From Rhizodiscina lignyota (taxonomy: Eukaryota), in assembly GCA_010015805.1 (NCBI GenBank), contig ML978129.1, positions 1,302,001 through 1,366,000 of the forward strand: a stretch of 64,000 nucleotides of DNA, written 5' to 3'. The notes under the pieces were generated by a model. That model had not been told where the DNA came from, ran no database searches, and was given only the letters and a program-made list of their open reading frames with translations. How positions within the stretch are numbered: the first letter of the stretch is position 1; each line of letters begins with the position of its first letter. The position numbers and the translations under genes were made by a program. Below are positions 40,069-50,312 of this stretch, piece by piece.

Positions 40069-40612
40069 GACTGGAGAGGAGGTCTGATGAGATAGAGTCT
40101 AGGACGGAGGACGCAATGGAAAAGTAACTGACAACTATTTAGGTAAAAGACAATTTACTCATCGACTTTTGGCCCCCAAGAAACTCGCAAGCTCGTTGGA
40201 GGGCTCAATGTATCGAATCAGCTCTAAGGTCCGAGCATGCGGCTGTTTTACAAGCTTAGAATTGCCGCTATATGTAACGCATACTCTCGGGCTCGGCCTA
40301 AACTTTCAAGTCGCCGACCACTCTTGCTTACACGGCGCCTTGTACGAAGCGGCATGCATTTGTGCTGTACACAGCTAACTGGGCAACCGCGGTCGAAAAA
40401 TCTCGGTGATAGGTGATTGGTGATCAGCGGTAGCTTTTTCTACCCGTTTAAGCCACTTGCTTATAAGGCTCCGGAGCTTTAGTAGATAGGTCTTCCGGGA
40501 CTTGTCTAACCTGATGAATAGCTGTCACGTGAAATGTCACAGAAATGGATCTTGTTCCGTCGGAATGAAGTGTAAACCATTTCCTCAAGGGTATCATGTA
40601 TGCTCTGTCTAT

Positions 40613-42837
40613 TCAACTCTGTTTGAGAACATCGCCGAGCACCCTGCCCAGCACTCCCCGGACCCTGCCGGACTTCTCATGGACTGCTGTGAATACCACC
40701 GCCGTGCTAATCGCGAAGCCTAAATGCTCACGCCAAAGATACTAGTGGCACAGTTAGCGCCACTCAATCTGTCACGAACAATAACAGAATCAACGTACTT
40801 TCCGATGATACCTCCTCGGTATCCAAGCCCCTACCGCCCTCGGCGCGACAAAGAGCATAATCTCCACTCTCCTCTTCGGCTCTTCGACCAAGATGCTCAA
40901 TCCGCATAGAAAACATCCCAACGTGACTGCCAGCCCAGAGTCAAGCATCTGCGCCACGACGCGACGCCTCTCACCCTCATCCATTGCTTTCGCCTCATCG
41001 CCAAACAACAGGGCCATACTGCGCATCCTCGTGAGCGCAGCGAGAAGGCCTGGCCCTATGCGCGTGCGCCCGAGACACACGCCATAGTAAACCAACGCAA
41101 TGAATGCGCCTAGAAAACTGGAGCTGCGGGATGCGGCGATGATGGTGCGGACCGTATCAGTGATTCCGGCGCGGAGACGTCCGCTGGGGAAATGTCGAAG
41201 GCTATATAGCCGTTTTGCCAAGACGAGAAAATGCAAGGGGAAGTACATAAGAGCGGCAAAGCACCATCCCTGGAGAAATCTTAGCAGCGCATGCTTTTCG
41301 CAAGTACAACGTCCTGTGAGGATGCTCCCGGCTAACCGTCGCAAAAGAGACGATTTATTTCGTCCGAGGCTTAGTAGAATACTGCGGTTCACGATCTCGC
41401 AGTTCACGGGGATCGTCTTCGCCGGATCTCCGGACTCATATGGGATCCCTTCTTCTTCACAGACCGGGCCTAGCAAGTCCGCCTGGTCCGTCTCGCGACC
41501 ATACTCCCACTCTCCCAGCCGGCATCTGCGCAACGCCTCTGGGATCCGCGTGTCCAGCTGTGCGGCGCGGGAAATCCAAGAATTGTAAGTACGTGGCAGT
41601 CGAGATGGGGAGTAGAACCATGCGTGCATGATTGTGGCGCTGGAGAGCGTGAAGAAGATCGTGGTCCATGGTATTGTGGGCCGAGAAGATCGGCGCTTCA
41701 AACTTGACGATGAAGATGGGGAAGAGAAAAGGACATCGAGAGCGCGGACGAGGGCGAAGAGAGTGAGGTCGATGGAGCGGCCTGCTAAGAGCTCTGGAGG
41801 GAGGGTTGATGTCGAGATACCCAGTCCATCTTGGATTTTACTGTCAGACGTAGTCTGAACTTGACTAGGTTCGTCAATCACTGCATCGGTGCTCTCATTG
41901 ATTGAAATTGTGTTTGCATGTGAAACTGCGTTTGTGGCCGACGGTCGTGAAGTGGGTATCTTGCCGCCATTGATAAGGGCGAAGCTAACGGATGCTGCAA
42001 ACAGGGCTGCGAGAAATGTTGCGATTTTCCGAATATTCTTCGTTGGAACCAAGCGCGTCTTTACGACAAGCTCGCCAATTGGCCGCTGGAGCAGAGTCGC
42101 ACCTCCAACAAGTACTGCACAAAACGCGGGGAAGCGGTGAAGACCGATTGCGGAAGTCAAGACATGACGCAGCTGCCGAAGGAATCAGATTCTAGCCTGG
42201 AAATGACAGAGATTGACGATTGGCCATACTCCAATCGGCGCAACCGCCGACAGGGAGTGAAGCAGATATGCATTAAATGAGGAGAATGTGCACATGACAG
42301 TCTCGAAGATCACGATAAACATATCTGAAACGAAGGCCACGCGAAGCCTGGGATCCGGCACGCGATGACAAGCATCTGCGGCAGGTCTCTTAAGCGTGCC
42401 TGTATCGACCGAGGAAGGTTTCAGAATCTGCCAGAGGGGGATGACATATCCCGACGGGATACAAAGTATGAGATGAGAGCCCAATTGGCCAAAATGCAGA
42501 TGCTACAATAGACTGGAATAGAGAGATCAAAATTGGAATAGTGTGAGGGGTTGTGGCAGGGTTCTGTGTGGAGAGAGCAACACACCTTGAGAACCGCATC
42601 TCGCAAGCAAATTCTTCGGCGAGCGAGAACAATTGCGATACTGAGAATCTTCGGGGAGGTGCTTGAGAGCAGTCCTAGCAAATATACTTTAAAGAGACTG
42701 GTGCAAACTTAGTGTCAGCTGTGGTTACTGTGGCAGATATCCAGAGACAAGGCATATCTGGTACCACGGCCAACATACGGTTGAAGAGGTGAAAGAATAG
42801 AGCTCGTTGTCGACCTCGCAGCTTTCGAAGAAGCCAT
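40613..42837 (-). CDS. TMEM135-like (Tim17-superfamily-related) integral membrane protein, about 557 aa
   Basis: Exons 42837-42779, 42697-42586, 42172-40799, 40741-40613. Motifs PLFKVYLLG, RFPAFCAVLVGGATLLQ, AGRSIDLTLFALVRALD, IMHAWFYSPSRLPRTYNSWI, RSSSFLGAF..YYGVCLGRTR and EPKRRVEIMLFVAPRA. Confidence 0.8.
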
Positions 42838-43890
42838 CACATGCCTTGTACACTAGACGGAGGGACTTGATCCGGCTGTAAGTCGTGCAATGATTTGGTG
42901 TCGGAATTGGATCCGTTCGTATGTGTACATCTATAAACAAGCGTAAGTAGAGTCGTTGAGATGTGCATTGCCAGATCCAAATTGAGATGCCTCGGCTTCG
43001 ACACACCGACGTAAAGATGACTACTTGAGCGGAGAGAAGGCTTACTAGAAAGGCATTATGCGTGTACAAAGAACGGACTGTTCCAAATCAGTGGGATATG
43101 CCCGAAATCAATTCGTCCTAAAGTCGCACTAGACGCTGCTCTTCGGGCAGGTGAGAGACGCACGAACGGAAGGATGTGATAGGAGCGCAGTTTATTCGCT
43201 GCAAGCCGAGGCACAGCACCGAGACTCTGCTGCAAGCGTTTCAGGCTTTTCGAGTTGCGTCCGGAACACTGCGAAGTGTGAGAGAGGGCAATGCACGTCA
43301 GTTGAAACGGATCGGAGCTGTGGGGTTGGTATACAGGAACAGGGATAGGACGGCAGCGATCAAAGCAATGATGGACATGGACCAATGAGCGGCGGCATTT
43401 GATATATGAAGAGGATCAAGCGGAAAAGAAGCGAGGTGCAGCGGCAACTGGCAAGAGGCACCGTTAAGGTGTATCCCACTAACCAAAGACCGGTGAAGAA
43501 AGAGAGCGCCGACAGGATGAAGAGTACATGAGAAGCTGGCGAAATTTGACAGTATACAGAGTGCTATCGACGAAATCCAACGGTCACGCGATTGCTTGAA
43601 GGCGGCCAAAGCGCGCCAGGGACGGGATGCGTTCGTATCCCAAACAGCAGGTCCAGAGGAACAGCTGCTTGAAGCAACGGGAGGAAAACAGGGCATACCT
43701 TTGCAAGCGCGCAGTCGGCGCCAAAGTGAGCGACAGAGTACAGGTGTAGTGGTGTCGTGAGGAGAGCAGAACGTGGCCGACGGGGATGGCGTCGCTGTCG
43801 AAGAGGCCTGCAAGGAGAGCTTCCCAAAGCAGCTGTCGGCCTTGGCCCGCTGGCGCTCGCTCGCCAGGATCAAAGGCGCTGGCATCGTTG

Positions 43891-43900
43891 CATGTGAAAA
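43891..43900 (+). promoter_or_regulatory. ICRE/UAS-INO-like E-box (CATGTGAAAA)
   Basis: Exact match to the yeast ICRE consensus CAYRTGAARW, 512 bp upstream of the bHLH ATG in a divergent intergenic region. Confidence 0.3.
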
Positions 43901-44402
43901 TCCTGACTTGCATCGCTCCCACTCAACAGAACGTTGTGTACATATCACCCCGTACTTGCGCCGCCGTTGGAGAGAGATGGAGCAGCGCGTCGCCCTGCTG
44001 ACGTCCAGAAGCGCAGTCTCCATCAGCCAGCGCCCACACCTGACGCCGCCTGCCTGCTGTCGCCTTCTTTCTGGGGAAGCCTGAAAGTCATAGGGCCCAT
44101 TCGTCACCGCTGCGCAACCTTCTTTCAGCTTGTTAGCCAGACGACGTACCAAAGCACCCCCGCCGCCACCCAGCTCCCAGCTCCCAGTCGCAAGCTAGCT
44201 CTTACCACAACACCTCTCCAATCGGTACGAAGCTCTCAACAATTCTACTACACCTCCATATAACACCGTCTGCCGCCGGGCCCTGGCCGTCGCTCCTCCA
44301 ACTCTGATTATCTGCGCCACTTGCCGCTGGAGAAGAACACTTGCGCCTGCGCCTCCCCCGCGTCACAGAACAGCTCGTCTGCAAGCAGTGTCTAGTGTGA
44401 CC

Positions 44403-46158
44403 ATGGTGTCTCGCGTTCTACAGCCTCGAGATCTCTTCTTCGACAAAAAGCAGTGGCCAGATATATCTCGTTACCGTAAGCTCAGCCGTTATACTTGCTT
44501 CTGGCAGTATTGTGCTGCCCCTCCTCCACCCGCTACCGGATCGCGAATCCGATATGCCTGGTGATGATAACTCTATGCCATTTGGCTGTACGTCCATACG
44601 ATTACGCTAGCCTAGCTCCACCAGCTCCGCCGCCATCTTCCCCCAACTCCTGTCACTTCCTTCTTCAAGCACCCCACTGCACACCCGCACTGACATGACT
44701 TCCCTCGCAGACCACGGCTTCACCAACGAGCAGGGCTTCCACTTCACCACCACAGACCCCGCCCCGATCCCAAGCAATCAATCCACTCTGTTCAACAACC
44801 AAGAGGCAGGACTGCTCAATTCCTTCTTCGACCACATTCCCAATCCCTTCGAAGACTCGCCGTTGTACGAGGGAGATTACAAGAACAACCTTGGTCTGCA
44901 TGACGACTACCAATGGATGTTCAACGAACCACCGCCAACGCTCCAAGAAGTATCTAGCACAACGCCGAACCTTCCCACTACCTTCCATGGCCTTCCACAC
45001 TCGGCCTACACAACTGCTACAAGTAATACGCTTCCTGTCTCCGCAGCCGATGATGTTCTCGGTGCAGCATCAGCCCTGGTCCACAACCAGTTCCTGCCGC
45101 AGCATGTCCAACGCCCTTCCTCCGTTTCGATCTCGCAGCCACCGCAGACAGCTCACACAATACCAAGCGCATTGTCGAGCGCATATCTCCCACCAGCTCT
45201 GGCACGTGCCACTGCCCCCTCTCCTGGCATAATCGAAGGTAGGCGCCAATCAGGCACTCCGTCCCAACAACTCATATTCAATCTCAAGCCGTGGGACGAA
45301 GAGGCCGACACTACCCTGACACCTGGCCTAAGAGCGACGTTTGATCAAAATGCCCACACTGGAATGATGCGACAGAAGGCTGAGCCTCGCAAATCCTTTC
45401 CAGCGCATACGCGCACCTATTCAGAGTCTCAAATTGGCACATATCACCAGCATCCTGCCGGCAGCAATGACGATGAAGCAAACCAACGACTCTACCGTTT
45501 TGGCAGTGATTCCCACTTCCAAATAAATGGTTATGTGCGTAATCCTCTGGAACCAACGGAGGAGCAGTTGTCGCAGCGCATTCTCGACGACAATCTTGGT
45601 GCAGTGGGCGGGGGCTTCATTTCTGCTGCTTCTACTCGGCCCTCGTCTCCCGCCGGATGGCGAAGGATAAAGCGGGACATTGAAGATGATGAGAGCGACG
45701 ACTCAGCACGAAAACGGCGCAAGAGCGGTCGCGCCGAAGACATACCACCTTCGGCCAAACGCCAGTCCGCAGCACAAACATCGCGCCGCCGTGCCTCAAC
45801 ATCCGTGTCCGCAGCGCCCTTCGCCCCGCCCGCAAGAAGGCGCAAATCATCACCAGCCGCGCCTGTCACTCCCGCTGGATCGTCAAACGGCAACGGAACA
45901 TCTGCAAAAAAGCCACCTCGAGAGAACTTGTCGGACGAGCAGAAACGAAACAATCACATCGTGTCAGAGCAGAAGCGTCGGAACCTCATCAAGTATGGCT
46001 TCGAGGAGCTCAATAGACTTGTACCTGCCCTTCGTGACGGCGGTTACAGCAAGAGCAATGTCCTAGTCGAGGGAGCGTCCTACCTCGAGGTCCTGGTTGC
46101 TGGGAACGAGCAGTTGAAGGGGATGGGGCTGAGAGTCCCTGAGGACGATGAAGATTAA
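44403..46158 (+). CDS. bHLH transcription factor, Ino2/Ino4-like, about 506 aa
   Basis: Exon 1 44403-44475 (MVSRVLQPRDLFFDKKQWPDISRY), 235-nt intron (GTAAGC..CTGAC..CAG), exon 2 44711-46158. C-terminal bHLH RENLSDEQKRNNHIVSEQKRRNLIKYGFEELNRLVP..SKSNVL. Confidence 0.88.
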
Positions 46159-46951
46159 GTGGATTATGGGTTAATTTCTTGTCCATGTGTTTTTCTAATA
46201 CCTTTTGGGGCGTCTTTGATGCGGTACTGGAAGGAATATTTATACTGTATCCCAAAGGTTCTCGAACATGGGATCGGCACACATGCATAGCGGGACGGAG
46301 CTTGGGGGAAGGCTCTGTGGCCGCTCTACTGGCTGTAGACCTGGACGGCGTTTTTCGAAAGTTGTATGATGCCCTCACGATGCTGGACTGCTTGATATTA
46401 ATGCACGGGACTCACTGCGCATGAGGGGATACTGGCAGATCATCTTGCTACTAGCCAAACGGCAGCGAAGCATGCCGCAACTGTATATACTAATACGACA
46501 AAATAATTCAATGAATAACGTACCTGATGCCCTTCATGATCTCTGCGTCGATCTTTTACATGTGAAAGTGGCGTCCGAGTCAGCGTACCTGCATGCACCT
46601 GTTTCCCTGGGCTCACATCAACGCTAGGTTCCACGAAAGCTCGAGACACGACGTGCCTCTGCTCCGGAGTCAACTTCTAATACTCCAAAAGGGTGACGCG
46701 TTTCTCCTCTCCAAATGATATTGAGTGCTGCCTCCGGCGCCTATATGGATAACGTCGCCGTCTAAGATACATCCCGACTCCACCAATAGCGCCGCCGTAG
46801 AAGCGAGAGCCGCCCCTTTCCACCCTAGGTCGCCGACCTCGTAATCAACTTCATATCAGCGTTTCCATACCATTTCGTCCGCAATGTTCCTATATCTACA
46901 CTCTATTTCTTATTTCTCTATGTTCGGCATATCTACCGTTATATTCTTATC

Positions 46952-48075
46952 ATGTTCACCCCCATTGAGACCACCGTAGGTGCTTTCCTGCTGCACGAAG
47001 CGGCCACTGGCTTCCTCTTCAAGGACGGCTATGTCCTCGGCGCGTCGGGCTTGTTGCGCGAGCTGCTGCTCATGCGCTCGACGCGCTCGATCTTGTTCAT
47101 GAGCGGGATGGCGTCGAGCTATGGGCTGTTGAAGCTCGTGCTGCCGGAATTGTTGCCAGCATATTCCATGGTTGAAGCGGGCAATTGGAAGAGTGTGCTC
47201 TTTGCCATTGGGATGGGCGCATTGACGGGATTGGGGACGAAGGTATTTATCCTTAAACTTCTCTACAGCGCGATCAGGGCGCAGAATGACTGATGCTTTT
47301 TCAACTATAGCTAGGCGCGGGGTGTACATCCGGTGCGTGCCCACCACTTGGGTGACGTTCGAATTAAATTCTGACCGTTTGATCAGGACACATGCTCTGT
47401 GGCCTCTCACGCCTTTCCCCGCGTTCCCTCCTCGCAACCGCAACGTTCTTCCCCGCCGCCGCACTGACGTTCAATCTCGTCCACGGCTCCTCGACCCCTC
47501 TGACCGTTTGCGCCGATGTCGCCGGCAAGCCCTGCTACACCCCGACCTACCCCTCGAACGCCGTCACAATCCGTCTGCTGCTCCTCGCCACGGCGATCAT
47601 AGCGCAGTATCATCTCACGCCTCCAGTCGTCGAGAAGGTCACGGGAGAGAAGAAAGCCGCGCGAGCATGGAGCACATACCTCACAGGCCTGACATTCGGC
47701 CTGGGCCTGCTCATCTCCGGCATGGCGACTCCATCCAAAGTGCTCGCCTTCTTCGCCGTCGCCTCTCCCGGACTGCGGAACTGGGACCCCTCATTAGCGC
47801 TGATCATCGTGTTCGGCATCCTCCCGCAGATGGCGTATTACCTCTCGCATCAGAGGCAGTTGCAGGAGAAGCCGGCGTATGCGGAGAAGTTCAGTCTGCC
47901 GACTACGACGCTGAAGGATACAGATTGGAGGTTCGTGGCTGGCGCGGCGATGTTTGGCATTGCTTGGGGGTTGAGTGGGGTTTGCCCTGGACCGGCGATA
48001 TTGAGGGCTGTGGCGCAGCCATTGTGGGGATTGATGTGGATGGGGGGATTCGGCGCGGGGAGTCTGTTGGTTTGA
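46952..48075 (+). CDS. YeeE/YedE family sulfur-compound transporter, about 333 aa
   Basis: Exons 46952-47242, 47311-47332, 47387-48075 reconstruct [24 protein letters not shown]. Also FGLGLLISGM..KVLAFF, WDPSL and GWGLSGVCPGPA-type motifs. Confidence 0.92.
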
Positions 48076-48499
48076 GGATGGTCGTGCACGTGTGCTGGAG
48101 ATGAGGGAGGAGGAGGATATATTGGGATTTATGAATAAACCAATTGGCGTTAAGAAGTTGAATGGATACGAGACTAATGTTCCAGCCTCTTCGTGATATC
48201 TCAACCAATCGGCGAAATTTCATGAACTCCGTAAGAGAATAGTCTATTGGTATGGCAAAAGGTATCCGGCCACTGTAAGTCCTCCACTAAGCCGATTTTG
48301 TAGGACGCTTGACGCACATCCCGAGTCTTCTTCCGCCACGATCGTACTGTTCCGCTTCAAGGATGCCTTGAGCTGCCAATTGCATCTCTTCTGCCGTCCT
48401 CTCAATACCAGATGCAGCTTGCTTGCTACCACGGATGATTTGCTCTCCTGTCTTCAAGACAGTTCTTGCTCTAAAGCCTCTATCAGAAGTACGTACCTA

Positions 48500-49320
48500 G
48501 ACATCCAGTCTAGATAGAAGGATTTTCCAATAAATCTCGGGTATGAATTTTCCCATCGCTCTTCCCATGGCTGTCCCTATCGATGTTCCCCTCGCTCTTC
48601 CCATGGCTTTTTCCATGGCTCTATTAGGCTCACCATTAATTTGTTTCTCTTCTCCAAGGCGATTTCTAGTCGCGTTTTCTCGTCCTCGCCGCTCCTCAAT
48701 TTCACGTCTGTCTTTCCCGAAGCAAGCAGCAGCATTGCAATCTTCACGAAACCCATTCTTACAGCTGTATATAAGGGTGTCTCCTTCGATTGACTAGGTA
48801 TCACATTCAAGTCCACCTTCCCCGTTTCGATCAGAAGCCTGACGATCTCTTCGTTCCCTTGAGTTACGGCTAGTGACAGTGGTGTATCGCCAGTTTTATT
48901 TCTTGGATCCACGCCGACTCCCTCTGTTTCGAGTAGAAGCTTGACTGTTGCTTCATCTAGAGATTGTGCAGCCATAAGTAGCGGTGTACGTATTGAATGA
49001 GTTTCCTGTTAAACCGTGCACAAAAATGATGTCAAGATTGGCATCGGGAGGATCGTGGAGAATTCGCAGTCCCAGAAGACCGCCAGGGAAGAGACGATTT
49101 TGGAGAGAGGTCTCCGCTGTACCTGTTGTGAGAACAGTGGGAGATACATCAGAGTAGTCAAGTAGCTGGGAAGAAGTAGCTGTGGATGATTGCGTTTGAC
49201 TCTCCTCAGAGTTGCTCGGTTGTCCTGTTGTAACGCCCTGACGGCGTCCGGTTCTTGAAAGAAACCTTCTCGAGATTGGACGCCGCCATCCAATCGGCAC
49301 ATTCAGTGTACTCCTGTAAC
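48500..49320 (-). pseudogene. Relic of an NLR-like gene: start of a SesB-like alpha/beta-hydrolase domain fused out of frame to ankyrin repeats
   Basis: GLRILHDPPDANLDIIFVHGLTGNSFNT ends at about 48988. It is followed at once, in another frame, by TPLLMAA..VKLLL, GDTPLSLAV..IVRLLI and ETPLYTAV ankyrin repeats. No NACHT/NB domain lies between them. Boundaries are approximate. Confidence 0.7.
48549..48620. repeat. Six copies of a degenerate 12-bp tandem repeat (consensus about CTTCCCATGGCT)
   Basis: Units tttcccatcgct, cttcccatggct, gtccctatcgat, gttcccctcgct, cttcccatggct, ttttccatggct. Confidence 0.9.
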
Positions 49321-50312
49321 ATAGGGGACGACATTGATGGAATGAAATCAAAAATTTCACCTTAGCCTCGTAAGTTGGGGACGCCAAGGCAAATATGCAA
49401 GTCTGGATACGCCCTGTTTGCACATGGCCAATGAGGAGTTCGTGCATCGTCCGCCCTTTCATTCAATACGATCGCTCGTCCTGCCCAATATTGGGAGTGG
49501 GCAACTAATCGCCCAGCGGCCTCACTCTTGAGTGCTGCCATCTCGCAATATTAGACGCAAGAGCCACAGATATGTACGAGGAAGACGTAAAGTACTGCTT
49601 CATGACATTTAAGAGAATTTACTTCTGAGTAATGTTAGAACTTTATAATTTGGATATAATCAGCAACCGGAATACGCTGCCCTCAGAATAGAGCAACTGA
49701 AGCAGGTACTAAGGTACCTCGACCCCGACTCACGACTTTGAGGATGTACGAGGGTGCAGGTCCAACGGAAATTGCTCCTCCATCCGAAAGTTCTAATTGA
49801 AGTACGATGAGCATATTGATTTGCGGAGTGCTGTCATTTCTCAATTGTAGCGTGCAGGTAATGGAGAATGAATAAGTTTGTTGTGATGAGGAAATTGGGC
49901 AAGGCTGATATTGATTCCAAATGAGGACTAGACTACTCCACTATAGTGGCTTGGCGCTCGATCTATAATTTCTAGGCAAACTCCAGCCTCGCACTTTCAA
50001 TCCAGCACCTCACACCTCACCTTCCCCGTCCAACCCACCGCCTCATCACCTCGACTGGCCACGCACATCGCTCTATCAATTGCGCGCAGCTGAGGAGCAT
50101 CTGCGGTGACTGAAGTCTCATTCACTCAGCAACCCTCCAACCAGACAGCCGCAACTCCGCAGCTCCAAGTGACTTCTAACACCCGCCCTGAAATTCAACC
50201 TCCTGCAAATATCCATATGCTTTGATCTCAGCAACCAACTTCTCGTAACACTGCGAACGATAGAGTCCTTGCGCTCGCGCCGAGCGAACTTGCGCGATTG
50301 AAGCACGACTTG

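Noticed and set aside
42173..42585. TPP riboswitch in the long intron
   Set aside because: The conserved CUGAGA and CUGAU..UAA..GCG..GGGA elements are not present in the required order, and the host is not a thiamine gene.
43298..44152. 284-aa minus-strand ORF in the bHLH upstream region
   Set aside because: Random-like R/C/S-rich composition, no motifs, GC-rich promoter context.
44561..44693. GTGATGA box C in the 235-nt bHLH intron
   Set aside because: The only downstream CTGA is the branch point itself, with no D'/C' boxes or terminal stem.
38859..48075. MBL-fold protein plus YeeE/YedE as a sulfur-metabolism cluster
   Set aside because: The MBL is not of the persulfide dioxygenase type, and two unrelated genes separate the pair.
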